A stretch of DNA of 64,000 bases. Source: Candidatus Gastranaerophilales bacterium (lineage in GTDB: Bacteria > Cyanobacteriota > Vampirovibrionia > Gastranaerophilales > Gastranaerophilaceae). The stretch lies in contig CAAGGG010000068.1 in the NCBI GenBank assembly GCA_900769355.1, positions 7,478-71,477 on the forward strand, written 5' to 3'. Numbering within the stretch: position 1 is the first letter of the stretch; each line of letters opens with the position of its first letter. Below are positions 39,881 through 50,656 of the stretch, one piece after another. A model generated the notes under the pieces. It did not search any database, had not been told where the DNA came from, and saw only the letters and a list, made by a program, of their open reading frames with translations. The position numbers and the translations under genes were made by a program.

Positions 39881-40826
39881 TAATACAGAACCAGAATTGC
39901 TTGTAGAATTTGTGAGAGATGGGCTTGTAGAACAGGAACATTATGGCTTTATCGTGCTTGCGGACAAAAACAGAGCCTTTGATTTTACAGGTGATGCAAA
40001 AAGTTATCCGTTCTTTTTAAGATCTTGTGCAAAACCTTTGCAAGCAAGTCTTTTGATAGATTATGGAATGGATAAATTCTATGATATGACAGAGGCGGAA
40101 ATTGCGATTTGTTGCGCATCTCACGCCGGAGAAGAAATTCATGTAAAAACAGCAAAAGCTCTTTTAGATAAAATCGGACTTGAGGAAAGTTTCTTGAAAT
40201 GTGGTTTACATAAACCCTTATCTAAGACAGAGCAAGCAAAAATGCTGTTAAACGGGGCACCTGTCCATGCACTGCAAAACAATTGTTCCGGAAAACATGT
40301 TATGATGCTTGGATTGTGTAAGATGAAGGGCTGGGATTTGGAAACTTATGACAAGTCTGAACACCCGCTTCAACGGGCAATAAAAGAGCAAATCTATAAA
40401 CTTTGTCAAGTGAAAAAGGAGTATCCTGTAACAACTGACGGGTGTGGAGTTCCGATAATGTCTATGCCTTTGACAAATATGCTACATGGGTATTTGAACT
40501 TGTTCTGTAATCCGAAATATGAAAAAATCAAAAATGCATTTTTGAATAATCCTTACATAATCGGTGGTGAGGACAGAAGCGATACAAAGATTATTGAAAA
40601 TTCAAAAAATATTGTTGCAAAAGTTGGAGCCGGTGGGCTTTGTGTTGTTGTAAATGTTGCAACGGAAGAAGCTTTTGTTGTGAAAATTTGCGATTGCAAT
40701 ATGCAAGCGAGAGAACTTGTTGTTGCAAAGGTTTTGGAAAATCTTCATTGGGCAAATATTCCGGAAGATAAAGAAATTAAAACTCTTCACGGTCAAAAAG
40801 TCGGTGAAATTGAAATTTTGGTATAG
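39870..40826 (+). CDS. Asparaginase II-family protein (PF06089-like)
   Basis: Motifs LLVEFVRDGLVEQEHYGFIVLAD...FFLRSCAKPLQA and CSGKH. Confidence 0.7.
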   Translation: MVNNNTEPELLVEFVRDGLVEQEHYGFIVLADKNRAFDFTGDAKSYPFFLRSCAKPLQASLLIDYGMDKFYDMTEAEIAICCASHAGEEIHVKTAKALLDKIGLEESFLKCGLHKPLSKTEQAKMLLNGAPVHALQNNCSGKHVMMLGLCKMKGWDLETYDKSEHPLQRAIKEQIYKLCQVKKEYPVTTDGCGVPIMSMPLTNMLHGYLNLFCNPKYEKIKNAFLNNPYIIGGEDRSDTKIIENSKNIVAKVGAGGLCVVVNVATEEAFVVKICDCNMQARELVVAKVLENLHWANIPEDKEIKTLHGQKVGEIEILV

Positions 40827-40891
40827 ACAGTACAATTTTGCTTAATTTTGTTCGGTAGAGGCAAAAATTCTGTAATAGTCGGTGTTAATGT

Positions 40892-41239
40892 TTATATCAA
40901 AAAGTTAATGCAGGCACCTTTGTCGTATTGTTTGATTATGGGGAGCATAAATCTTTCGTATGCCGGAGATGCCATAATATAGGCTTCTTTGCTCCAAGGA
41001 AAGAAAACGCAGCCAAATTCTTTGTCAAAAAATCCTGATTTAGCACGAATTTTTGCTGCAGCAGCCATTTTATCGGTCATTACATTGTTGCAGTAAATCG
41101 TTTTATGCCCAAGATTTAAAAATCCTGTCTTTTTAAGATGCATTGCGACATTTCGAACGGACTCAAATTTAGGGTTAGAGAGTTTAATTCCGTTGAATGA
41201 TAAATTGTTTGAAGAGTTGTTTTGTATTTGCATATTCAT
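40892..41239 (-). CDS. Hypothetical protein
   Basis: 115-aa ORF with no recognised domain. Confidence 0.35.
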   Translation of the reverse strand: MNMQIQNNSSNNLSFNGIKLSNPKFESVRNVAMHLKKTGFLNLGHKTIYCNNVMTDKMAAAAKIRAKSGFFDKEFGCVFFPWSKEAYIMASPAYERFMLPIIKQYDKGACINFLI

Positions 41240-41268
41240 TCAAAAAACGTGAATAAAAATTTTTGCTA

Positions 41269-41574
41269 TTAATCATTTGATTTTTTGTGGTTTATAAATA
41301 AATCATAAATAGTAGCTAGTCCAATTCCCACAAATGTGCCTGCTAAAGTGTTTTTCCATTTGCCAACAATGTTTGGAGCTTTGGTTTTTGCAAGAACCTG
41401 TTTCCCATCACTTGTGACATGTGAAACGATATCTGCACCATCAATTTCTTTTAGCGGAATTTTGTAGCCGACAAAAGCGGCAACGCCGGAAATTAGAGGA
41501 TATTTGATTGGGTTAGAATTCTTTTTTCTATCGTCACTACCAAAAGAACAGTTCCGTATTGCTTCAATTTTCAT
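41269..41574 (-). CDS. Hypothetical small membrane protein
   Basis: 101-aa ORF with one hydrophobic segment near the C-terminus. Confidence 0.35.
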   Translation of the reverse strand: MKIEAIRNCSFGSDDRKKNSNPIKYPLISGVAAFVGYKIPLKEIDGADIVSHVTSDGKQVLAKTKAPNIVGKWKNTLAGTFVGIGLATIYDLFINHKKSND

Positions 41575-42012
41575 TTAAGTTACCTCTGCTTATATTATAA
41601 AATCAACAAGATTTTTTTGATATTTTTGACCTTCTTTTTTTACACTCTTTACAAAATTTTTATTTATACTATCATAGTTATATGAACAGACAATCACGAC
41701 GAAATGTAAGAGATTTTTAAAGGCTTGTTATAAGACACGCTTACATTCGTTGTAAAAAAGTTTTTTATTTCAAGACCTTTCCCCCCGAAGGGTCATTTTT
41801 TTTTGTTAATAATCGTAAACAAATTCAATTTATTAGGCAAAAATAAACATTGATGTTACTTATAGAAAAAGTGAAAGGTAGAAGAATGCAAGAAAATATC
41901 CGACGAACCTCAATAATAAAGGCGAATGCCCCAATCGTCAAATTAATGAACTTAATTTGGGGTCTATAGTACTTAATTATTGAGTGGTGATTTTCGCCAC
42001 GGGAAGGAAAAA

Positions 42013-43386
42013 ATGATACCCGCAATTACTGCAAGCAGCATATATTCAACATTAGGAAACAGCAACTCCCTTGTCCCTATGGCTATCAAAGACATAGCTA
42101 ACAGTGTCGGACTTACGGCAGGTTCTTATATTACAGGCGACAAGCTTGAAGGCAAAGACAGATTTTTAGATGAATTCGGAACACAAGCTATTTGGCTTTT
42201 TGGAATTCCGGCATATAAAAAATTATTAGATTTAACACTTTACAAAGCATTGAAAATCGATCCGACTTTCGATGTTAGAAATTTTGCTAAAAACAGAGGC
42301 AAAATTCTTGAAAAATCAATAGAATACGCAGATTCTTCTATCAAAGAGAGCTTGAAAAATGCGACAAAGAACCCTAAATTCAGTAAAAATCTTGCTATGG
42401 GAAAATTTGTTGTATCTACTGCATTAACAATCCTTTCATACGCAGGTTTGACTAAATACAGACATAATCAAACCAAAAAAGCGGCTCAAAAAGAGATTAT
42501 GGAAGAAATGAAGCTGATGAACAAAGATAATCAGGACAAATTCTTCTATACAAATCCGTCAGAAAAGAAAGCTTTTGCAGATCTTCACAAAAAACAACAA
42601 TCTAAACAGCCGGCTTTCACAGGAAGTATCCAAGATTTTATGTACAATCCGGTGAAAAACCTAATGATTTTGGACGGTTCTATTACGGCTGAAAGACTCG
42701 GAGAATCGAGAAACAAACAGGAATTTATCGGTTATTCAATCAAAGAAGGTTCTTTCTGGGCGTTTATGTACTTTGCAAGTAAACCTATTCAAAAATTCTT
42801 GGAAAACAGAGTTGAAAAGAATAAACCTGCTTCAATCGATTTGGACGCAAGAGTTATTGAATGTAAAGAGCTTGAAAAAGCATTTAAAGACGGAACTTTG
42901 ACAAAGAGTGCAGATAATATTTTGGGTATGAAAACTTACGAAAATCTACTTGAATTTATCCACAACAATCCTGATGATTTTGTCGTTAAAATGGCTAAAA
43001 AATCTGATATTTTACCTACATTGAAACACGCGACTCAGGCTGATGATGTGGATTACAGAAAATTTATCGATCTTGATGAGTTTCAAGGTGTTGCAGAAAA
43101 ATTGAAAAAATTAGCGGGTAAATTTGAAGAGTTCAAAAATATTCACGGAATAATTATCGAAAAAATCAATGGTGAAAACGTCGATAATACTTTGGGTGCC
43201 TTTTTGAAAAACGTTAAAAAACTGAAAAGAACGTCAATCATTACAAATATCGGTGCATGTATCGGTGCTTTAGGAATTTTGGCTCCGGCATTGATGATTG
43301 CGATGAGAAAATTTGACAAAAATCAAGGGTTCCAAGTTAAGGAAGATTTGAAAAAAGAGATGCTTGCTAAATCTGAACAGAAATAA
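42013..43386 (+). CDS. Hypothetical protein with a C-terminal TM anchor
   Basis: Start placed at MIPAITAS after GGAAGGAAAAA. About 457 aa; hydrophobic segment SIITNIGACIGALGILAPALMIAM. Confidence 0.45.
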   Translation: MIPAITASSIYSTLGNSNSLVPMAIKDIANSVGLTAGSYITGDKLEGKDRFLDEFGTQAIWLFGIPAYKKLLDLTLYKALKIDPTFDVRNFAKNRGKILEKSIEYADSSIKESLKNATKNPKFSKNLAMGKFVVSTALTILSYAGLTKYRHNQTKKAAQKEIMEEMKLMNKDNQDKFFYTNPSEKKAFADLHKKQQSKQPAFTGSIQDFMYNPVKNLMILDGSITAERLGESRNKQEFIGYSIKEGSFWAFMYFASKPIQKFLENRVEKNKPASIDLDARVIECKELEKAFKDGTLTKSADNILGMKTYENLLEFIHNNPDDFVVKMAKKSDILPTLKHATQADDVDYRKFIDLDEFQGVAEKLKKLAGKFEEFKNIHGIIIEKINGENVDNTLGAFLKNVKKLKRTSIITNIGACIGALGILAPALMIAMRKFDKNQGFQVKEDLKKEMLAKSEQK

Positions 43387-44491
43387 TTCCTTGTGCGGCT
43401 AAATAACCGGTAGACCAACAGTTTTGAAGGTTAAAACCGCCACAAAATCCGTCGATATCCATAACTTCTCCACAAAAATAAATGCGTGGAACAAGTTTTG
43501 ATTGCATATCTTTCTGATTAATTTCTTTTAAGTCCACTCCACCGGCTGTAACAACCTCGCCGTCCGGGAAAGTACCTATTACACAGATCTCAAAATTTTG
43601 CAGTTTTGTAAGAATTTTATCTCGGGTTTTGCCGTCAATCATGTGACTCTTTGTATCAGGATTAATTTTTAATTCTGTCAAAACGAACTCTGCAAAGGAC
43701 TTGGGAACGTGTTCTGACAAAAGGTTTTTGATGCTTTTGTGAGGATTTGAGTTTAATTCTGTTTGTAAATCAACTTCCCCAATGAAATCAAAATTCAACT
43801 TGTATGGGAAACTTTCCCTTGCTCGGAGTGATGAAATTTCATAAATCTTTGGTCCTGAAATTCCTTTGTGTGTGAACAAAATGTCATTTATGCAAACTCC
43901 GCTAATTGATGCAAAATTCTCTTTTGTCAAAAGCCCAACAAGAGCTGGTTTCGGCTCAATGATTTTATGACCAAGCATTTTTATCAAGTCATAAGATGCA
44001 TGTCCGCCACTTGAAATTACAACAAAGTCTGCGTTGTACGCTCCCATATTGGTCACAACAGAAAAAATTTCGTCTTGTCGATTAATTCTCAAAGCATTTT
44101 CTTTGATAAATCGAACTTTTTTTAGTGCTTGTAAAAAGTGTTCACGCACATCTTTTGCGTTATTAGACTTTGGAAAAATACGCATATTTTCTTGAGTATA
44201 TGTTTCAACTCCGATTTTTTCAAAAAAATCAATCGTATCAGCTGTAGAAAATTTTGAAAAAACAGAGTACAAAAACTTTTCACCCCGAGGATAATTTTTT
44301 GCGAGTTCTTTAAAATCAAATTCAGCATGGCATAAATTACATCTTCCGCCCCCTGTTGGAAGTATGGTTTTTAATGGTGTATTCTTTTCAATTACGGTAA
44401 CATCAAAATCGTTTTGCAAAAAATACGCGCACATGCACCCCGCAGGACCACCACCGATGATAACGACCTTAGATTTCAACTCTTGTGCCAT
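43367..44491 (-). CDS. HI0933/BaiN-family NAD(FAD)-utilising flavoprotein
   Basis: VVIIGGGPAGCMCA dinucleotide fold and family-typical length. Confidence 0.75.
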   Translation of the reverse strand: MAQELKSKVVIIGGGPAGCMCAYFLQNDFDVTVIEKNTPLKTILPTGGGRCNLCHAEFDFKELAKNYPRGEKFLYSVFSKFSTADTIDFFEKIGVETYTQENMRIFPKSNNAKDVREHFLQALKKVRFIKENALRINRQDEIFSVVTNMGAYNADFVVISSGGHASYDLIKMLGHKIIEPKPALVGLLTKENFASISGVCINDILFTHKGISGPKIYEISSLRARESFPYKLNFDFIGEVDLQTELNSNPHKSIKNLLSEHVPKSFAEFVLTELKINPDTKSHMIDGKTRDKILTKLQNFEICVIGTFPDGEVVTAGGVDLKEINQKDMQSKLVPRIYFCGEVMDIDGFCGGFNLQNCWSTGYLAAQGIISVQI

Positions 44492-44978
44492 ACAAAAATA
44501 CCATTTCGGGGTTTTCTAAATCGTTGTGAAGTTGTGTGATTGTTTTGTGCAAAACAGGGTGTTCAAAATTAGGAATAAGTTCCAATAACGGAACAAGTGT
44601 GAATGCACGCAAATGCACATATTTGTGTGGGATTGTTAAGTTTTCTTCATTTATAATCTCTTTGTTGTAGAATAAAATATCAATATCAATAGTTCTGTCT
44701 TTATAGTCTTTTTCCCCTTCTGTGCGTTTGCGCCCGAGCTGAGTCTCTATTCTTTGGCATTCTGTAAGTAAATTTTGTGGAGAAAGAGTCGTTTTTACTT
44801 CAACAACGGCATTAACAAACCAAGTTTCAGTTTTCATTCCCCAAGGTTCAGATTCATAAAAAGCTGAAGTTCTGATTAGAGAAATTCCATCAGTAGCATT
44901 TAGCAGGCTTGTAGCTTGTTGCACAAAACCAATTCTGTCGCCTTTATTTGAACCTAAACTTAAATACGCTATTGCCAT
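44469..44978 (-). CDS. folK: 2-amino-4-hydroxy-6-hydroxymethyldihydropteridine pyrophosphokinase (HPPK)
   Basis: Motifs YLSLGSNKGDR, SAFYESEPWG and RTIDIDILF. Confidence 0.85.
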   Translation of the reverse strand: MAIAYLSLGSNKGDRIGFVQQATSLLNATDGISLIRTSAFYESEPWGMKTETWFVNAVVEVKTTLSPQNLLTECQRIETQLGRKRTEGEKDYKDRTIDIDILFYNKEIINEENLTIPHKYVHLRAFTLVPLLELIPNFEHPVLHKTITQLHNDLENPEMVFLYGTRVEI

Positions 44979-45097
44979 ACTTGTATTCTAAAGTTTTTTG
45001 CGAGCGTTGTCAACATGAAAATTTAACTCTTTTTAGCTTTATATAAAAAGTCGAATTCAAATATGAATATTGAATTCGACTTCTTAAAAATAAAATT

Positions 45098-46420
45098 TTA
45101 GATTAATTTATCTTTTTGGTTTTTTGTTGAATTATATATTTCAATTTTTTGTTTTAAAGTGTCCGGCATGACTGTGTTTGGAGCAATAAAATCTTTTTGC
45201 AAGCCATTTTTCAGAAATTCAAGTTCGTCGTTGTCTCGTAAAGATTTATCCCCTGCTGTAATATCCCGACCGTAGTGTGAAATTGATAGATTAACCGCAT
45301 TTTCACTAGGCGCACCAAGTTCATTTTGTTTCTCTTGAACTTTATAACTCGGCCAGTCGCTTGAAAGTTTGCTGATTGTTGTAAATTCCCCTTCGCTTTC
45401 AAGACGTTTGTCAACTTGGGTTTTGAGGATTTCTTTTACGTAGTTTTTCTGACTTTTAAATCTGCATGGAATTACTATTTCTGAGCCGATAACTTCTTCC
45501 GGATCTCGTTTTTCATATTTTTTGAATAAGTCTGCCGCGACTTGAAGATGCCCTAATTCAATGTCTAAGAACAATTCCCACGTTTTTTTAATTCTTTCAT
45601 CAACTTCGTCTTCGACGCAAGTGTAGTAGTTGCAGACTTCGGTGAATTCGTGGATAAGTAATTTTTCCCACATAGATTCTGTCGGGTCAATCAAAGATTC
45701 ATACATTGTAACGTGTTCTTCTTCAACGTCTTTGATTTCAGCGTAAGTTTCCCTTAAAACGTGATCTCCATACATAAACCCATGTTCTGCATAATAATTA
45801 TGAGTTTGCTGTTCCCCTGACAAAACTGTCAAAATGTTTACTTTCGTTTGAGGGGTGGCAGTTGTTTTATCATAGTGCTTACGAATTCTCAAACTATTGT
45901 CGTTGTGATGGTGCTGAGTTGGGCGTCCTATAACAACATCAGTTTGTGCTTGTACAATGTCATTTGGTTTAATCCCTTCTCGCATATATGCAAATTGACT
46001 GTACCTGTATAGGTGGTCAAAATCTTCAAGGAGACCAAAATCAAAGGTTTCCTTGACATATTCGTCGGGTTCATTTTGGGCAAGCCATGCTGTTAAATCA
46101 ACAGCTACTTGTTCATAACCTAGTGTTGTTTCTAGTACGGATTGATCTGCCGGTCCAAGCCAATTTGCAGTTGCTTGTTGGAAATCTTCAATCCTGCTTA
46201 TTTCAGCAAGTAGTTGTTTTTCATTATTGTTAGGCATAAATCGGTTAAATTGGTGTTTAAACCCCCAAGCTTCGATTTCAATACCATTCATAAGAATTTG
46301 GCGAGTCCTTGTATAGCAGTCAACATCAGTCTTGTTGTATGGTTTTCCAACAATTTGATGCCAGTTTCTGATTTGTTTTTCAATGTTGATGCCTTTTTCT
46401 TTTAGTGGATTAAAGCTCAT
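45098..46420 (-). CDS. Hypothetical protein with several ExxH motifs (possible ferritin-like/di-metal carboxylate fold)
   Basis: 440 aa. ExxH-type motifs at VEEEHVTMYE and DIELGHLQ, plus a third YYAEHGFMYGDH. No signal peptide. Adjacent to folK. Confidence 0.4.
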   Translation of the reverse strand: MSFNPLKEKGINIEKQIRNWHQIVGKPYNKTDVDCYTRTRQILMNGIEIEAWGFKHQFNRFMPNNNEKQLLAEISRIEDFQQATANWLGPADQSVLETTLGYEQVAVDLTAWLAQNEPDEYVKETFDFGLLEDFDHLYRYSQFAYMREGIKPNDIVQAQTDVVIGRPTQHHHNDNSLRIRKHYDKTTATPQTKVNILTVLSGEQQTHNYYAEHGFMYGDHVLRETYAEIKDVEEEHVTMYESLIDPTESMWEKLLIHEFTEVCNYYTCVEDEVDERIKKTWELFLDIELGHLQVAADLFKKYEKRDPEEVIGSEIVIPCRFKSQKNYVKEILKTQVDKRLESEGEFTTISKLSSDWPSYKVQEKQNELGAPSENAVNLSISHYGRDITAGDKSLRDNDELEFLKNGLQKDFIAPNTVMPDTLKQKIEIYNSTKNQKDKLI

Positions 46421-46575
46421 ATTTATCTCCTATTCTGTGAAATTTTCACATAGTAGAAGATACGATAAAATAAAATGTTTTTTATTATCCAAACAGGTAA
46501 TACAGGGGAATAATATAAACTATATTGTCGTGAGCAATTTTTAAAATAATTTGGTTTTATTATATATATAAAATA

Positions 46576-47679
46576 TTGGAGAAAAATTTTATGGCTGAAA
46601 TTGGGAAAATAATTCAAAAATCTGTCTTACTTTCAAAAACTCTTGGAGTTAAACGAGGGCTTAGTCCTTTTACAGAAGATGTTTTTAAATTCAAAAATAA
46701 GAAAGCAGAAGATTGTATATATACAATATTTAGAGATAAAAAAAATCAAATAGCAAGGACTCAACTGAAAAACACTACTCTAAAAACAGAAAGAAATCAA
46801 TATTTCAGTTATAAGACTTACTCTTACGAAAGCGGAAAAACTGTTCCTTATACTAATATTCGAACAATGGATTCTAATGGTTTAAGAAAAAATGAAATTA
46901 TTTCAACAATCCAAAATGAAGACAAACTTGATATCACGAAAAGTCAACTAACTACTATTCATTCTAAAAATGGGAATATAAATGAAAAAAGTAGCATTTT
47001 AAGATTTTCAAAAAATAAAAAACCGGTTGGAGTGTATTCTATCATAAAAAGAGATACTACAGGTGAAATTTTATCAAAGAAAGTTTATGCTCAAAAAGGA
47101 AATGGAAATAAAGGAAAAGTCATTACAGATCTTTTTTACAATACTCCTGTATATGAACCAATTGATGCATACAACAACATTTTTAAATTATTAGAATCTG
47201 AAATGGGCTTAAAGGGATATGGGATAAAAGTAAAATCTGTTCACAAAGGCTATAATGAAGGAAGTGTAAATAACTATGCGAGTTATAATCATAAATCAAA
47301 AACAATTAGTTTAAATGCCGATAATCCAACTGTCACTCAAAGAGGGAGATTTGCGAGTGAAATTGCCCACGAACTTCTTCATGCCTGGCAATATCGAGAA
47401 GTTGAGCTATTGGAACAAGGTCTTTTAAGTGGAGCAAGAAAAGAGGCTGCGAAAGTTTATAAGCAAGAGTTTTCTAATTATGTCAAAGCGTCTAAAAATT
47501 TCGAAGAATATAAAAAACAAACTGTTGAAAATAAAGCTAAAGAATTTCAAAAATTTGTAAAACAATATTATTCTAGATGTATTAAAAATATTTATAACCA
47601 CTATGTAAAAGGGATAATTCCGCCACAAGTTGGAATTACATATCCTATTCCAGAAGGAGAATTAAAGAAAATTTTATAA
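46576..47679 (+). CDS. Putative zincin-like metallopeptidase (HExxHxxQ motif; DUF4157-like?)
   Basis: FASEIAHELLHAWQYRE. 367 aa, no signal peptide, in a locally very AT-rich patch. Confidence 0.4.
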   Translation: MEKNFMAEIGKIIQKSVLLSKTLGVKRGLSPFTEDVFKFKNKKAEDCIYTIFRDKKNQIARTQLKNTTLKTERNQYFSYKTYSYESGKTVPYTNIRTMDSNGLRKNEIISTIQNEDKLDITKSQLTTIHSKNGNINEKSSILRFSKNKKPVGVYSIIKRDTTGEILSKKVYAQKGNGNKGKVITDLFYNTPVYEPIDAYNNIFKLLESEMGLKGYGIKVKSVHKGYNEGSVNNYASYNHKSKTISLNADNPTVTQRGRFASEIAHELLHAWQYREVELLEQGLLSGARKEAAKVYKQEFSNYVKASKNFEEYKKQTVENKAKEFQKFVKQYYSRCIKNIYNHYVKGIIPPQVGITYPIPEGELKKIL

Positions 47680-47761
47680 TACTTTCACGCTTAAACAATA
47701 GAAATATACAAGTTTTAGTAAGTAAATATTCTCAATTCGAATTCAAGACACTAAAATCTCG

Positions 47762-47790
47762 CAAAAAAAAATGACCTATCGGTCACTTCT
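47762..47790 (-). terminator. Intrinsic terminator downstream of tRNA-Glu
   Basis: Minus-strand TGACC-gata-GGTCA followed by a T9 run. Confidence 0.6.
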
Positions 47791-47806
47791 ATTATCTTAT
47801 TAAAAA

Positions 47807-47879
47807 TACCCCCAAGCGAATTCGAATCGCTGTCTACACCGTGAAAGGGTGTTGTCCTAGGCCTCTAGACGATGGGGGC
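47807..47879 (-). tRNA. tRNA-Glu (anticodon TTC), CCA not encoded
   Basis: Minus-strand sequence gcccccatcgtctagaggcctaggacaacaccctttcacggtgtagacagcgattcgaattcgcttgggggta. Close to E. coli tRNA-Glu, with a good cloverleaf. Confidence 0.9.
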
Positions 47880-48075
47880 TTGGGTCTTTCGACAAGATCA
47901 ATCATACATGAAACATTTTTAAATGTCAACACTTTTATTTAAAAATTTTTATTTTATTTTTTTAACTGACAAAAATATATTTTTACTAACATTTTACTAA
48001 TATATATATAGTATTGAAAGTTTTTTGTTTTTCGTGTAGAATACGAATTATAGAAGAGAGATAGGAGTAAAATTA

Positions 48076-50580
48076 ATGTTCGAACGTTTTACGGAAAAAG
48101 CTATAAAAGTTATTATGCTTGCTCAGGAAGAGGCTCGCAGACTTGGGCATAACTTTGTCGGAACTGAACAGGTCCTTCTTGGACTTATCGGTGAAGGCAC
48201 AGGTGTTGCTGCGAAAACTCTTAAATCTATGGGTGTTACCCTAAAAGATGCCAGAGCAGAAGTTGAAAAAATTATTGGTAGAGGTTCTGGCTTTGTTGCA
48301 GTGGAAATTCCTTTCACCCCTAGAGCTAAAAGAGTCTTGGAACTTTCTTGGGACGAAGCAAGACAACTCGGCCACAACTACATAGGTACAGAACACCTTC
48401 TTCTTGGACTAATCCGAGAAGGCGAAGGAGTTGCTGCAAGAGTTTTGGAAAATCTTGGTGTTGACTTAAATAAAGTTAGAAGTAATGTTGTGAAAATGCT
48501 TGGTGAATCTAAGCCACAAACTGTTTCTTCAGGCGCATCAGGCTCATCATCGTCGTCATCAGGCGGAAAGACAAAAACTCCAAGTTTAGATGAATTTGGT
48601 CGTGACTTAACACTTGCTGCTCAAGAATTAAGACTCGATCCGGTTGTCGGCAGAGAAAAAGAAATTGAACGTGTTATTCAAATTCTTGCTCGTCGTACTA
48701 AAAACAACCCTGTTCTAATCGGAGAACCGGGTGTTGGTAAAACAGCCGTTGCAGAAGGTTTGGCAATTAGGATTGTTAACGCAGAAGTTCCTGATATTTT
48801 AGACGGCAAAAAAGTTATCCAGCTTGATATGGGGCTTTTGGTTGCCGGCACTAAATATCGTGGTGAATTTGAAGAACGTCTTAAAAAAATCATGGACGAA
48901 ATTCGTCAAGCAGGAAACATTATTCTTGTAATTGATGAAATGCATACGCTTATCGGCGCAGGTGCCGCAGAAGGCGCAATTGATGCCGCAAACATCTTAA
49001 AACCGGCATTGTCACGTGGCGAAATTCAGGTTATCGGTGCTACAACTCTTGATGAATACAGAAAATATGTTGAAAAAGACCCTGCTTTGGAACGACGTTT
49101 TCAATCTGTAATCATTGATGAACCGACTGAGGAAGAGTCAATTGAAATTATCAAAGGCTTGAAACCAAAATACGAAGAGCACCATAAATTGATTATTTCT
49201 GATGAAGCAATTGTTGCTGCGGTAAAATTGTCTAACAAATACATCACAGACAGATTTTTGCCGGATAAAGCAATTGACGTAATTGATGAAGCATCTTCAA
49301 AAGTTCGTTTGAAGGTTTCAAACTTGTCACCGGAAGGCAAAGAACTTGAAAAAGAGTTGCGTTCAATTATTAAAGAAAAAGAAAATGCTATCAGAAATCA
49401 GGAATTTGAAAAAGCTTCTCAATTAAGAGATGACGAAGCTGATATGAAAGATAGAATTCGTGAGATGGCTCAAAAATATAGAGAAGAGCACGAAGCAAAC
49501 AAACCGACTGTTACGGCTGAAAATGTTGCGGAAGTAATCGGAACAATGACCGGTATTCCTGTAACTAAGTTGACAGAAGGCGAAAGCGAAAGACTTCTTA
49601 AACTTGAACAAACTCTTCACGAAAGGGTTATCGGTCAAAACGACGCGGTTGTTGCTATTTCTAAGGCAATCAGACGTGCAAGAGTCGGCTTGAAGAGCCC
49701 TAACAGACCTATTGGAAGTTTCATCTTCTGTGGTCCAACCGGTGTTGGTAAGACAGAACTTGCAAAAGCTTTGGCAGAAGCTGTGTTTGGCTCAGAAGAT
49801 AACATGATAAGAGTTGATATGTCAGAATTTATGGAAAAACATTCAACTGCGAAACTTATCGGTTCTCCTCCGGGATACGTTGGTTACGATGACGGCGGAC
49901 ATTTGACAGAACTTGTTCGCAAAAAACCTTACAGCGTAATTCTATTTGACGAAATCGAAAAAGCACACCCAGATGTATTCAACATCATGTTGCAAATTTT
50001 GGACGATGGTCGTTTGACAGATGCGAAAGGTCGTCACGTAAACTTCAAAAACACAATTATCATTATGACATCAAACGTTGGTGCAAGCATGATTACAACA
50101 ACATCTAAGCTTGGTTTCTCAACAAGTGATGATGAATCAAAAGACAAGTACGAAAAACTTAAAGAAACAGTTTCTGAAGAAATGAAGAAAGCATTCAGAC
50201 CTGAATTCTTGAACCGTATTGATGAAACAATCGTATTTGCTCATTTGAAACAAGAAGAAATCAGACAAATCGTTGACTTGATGTTGAAAGATTTGGTTAA
50301 ACGATTGGCTGAAAGAGAATTGTCACTTGAAGTTACAGATGAGGTTAAAGATCATTTGGCGAAAAATGGTTATTCGGAAGCTTATGGTGCAAGACCTTTG
50401 AGAAGGTTAATACAACGTAAGATTGAAGATATGCTTGCAGAAGAAATTTTATCTGGCAAATACTCAGCCGGTGATACAATTGTAATCAAGTTGGTTGATG
50501 ATAAAATCGCTTTTGATAAGAAATCAAAACGAGCTAAAAAAGAACAACCTGCTGAATCAGCAGAAGAAACAGTTCAATAG
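48076..50580 (+). CDS. clpC: ATP-dependent Clp protease ATP-binding subunit ClpC
   Basis: Two Clp_N repeats, a UVR motif, two AAA+ modules ([16 protein letters not shown]) and 834 aa. Confidence 0.95.
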   Translation: MFERFTEKAIKVIMLAQEEARRLGHNFVGTEQVLLGLIGEGTGVAAKTLKSMGVTLKDARAEVEKIIGRGSGFVAVEIPFTPRAKRVLELSWDEARQLGHNYIGTEHLLLGLIREGEGVAARVLENLGVDLNKVRSNVVKMLGESKPQTVSSGASGSSSSSSGGKTKTPSLDEFGRDLTLAAQELRLDPVVGREKEIERVIQILARRTKNNPVLIGEPGVGKTAVAEGLAIRIVNAEVPDILDGKKVIQLDMGLLVAGTKYRGEFEERLKKIMDEIRQAGNIILVIDEMHTLIGAGAAEGAIDAANILKPALSRGEIQVIGATTLDEYRKYVEKDPALERRFQSVIIDEPTEEESIEIIKGLKPKYEEHHKLIISDEAIVAAVKLSNKYITDRFLPDKAIDVIDEASSKVRLKVSNLSPEGKELEKELRSIIKEKENAIRNQEFEKASQLRDDEADMKDRIREMAQKYREEHEANKPTVTAENVAEVIGTMTGIPVTKLTEGESERLLKLEQTLHERVIGQNDAVVAISKAIRRARVGLKSPNRPIGSFIFCGPTGVGKTELAKALAEAVFGSEDNMIRVDMSEFMEKHSTAKLIGSPPGYVGYDDGGHLTELVRKKPYSVILFDEIEKAHPDVFNIMLQILDDGRLTDAKGRHVNFKNTIIIMTSNVGASMITTTSKLGFSTSDDESKDKYEKLKETVSEEMKKAFRPEFLNRIDETIVFAHLKQEEIRQIVDLMLKDLVKRLAERELSLEVTDEVKDHLAKNGYSEAYGARPLRRLIQRKIEDMLAEEILSGKYSAGDTIVIKLVDDKIAFDKKSKRAKKEQPAESAEETVQ

Positions 50581-50600
50581 AAATGTTTTAACTCACAAAA

Positions 50601-50630
50601 AGACCTCTATAAAAAGAGGTCTTTTTTTTA
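50601..50630 (+). terminator. Rho-independent terminator after clpC
   Basis: AGACCTCT-ataaaa-AGAGGTCT stem plus a T8 run. Confidence 0.8.
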
Positions 50631-50656
50631 TGTGTAAAAGTGGAATGACTTAGATA

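Noticed and set aside
41590-41980. A roughly 400-bp intergenic region upstream of the 42013 gene containing a CCCCAA..TTGGGG hairpin, considered as a riboswitch
   Set aside because: There is no recognisable riboswitch core. It contains a terminator-like hairpin (AGACCTTTCCCCCCGAAGGGTC plus a T-run) and is more likely a terminator/UTR.
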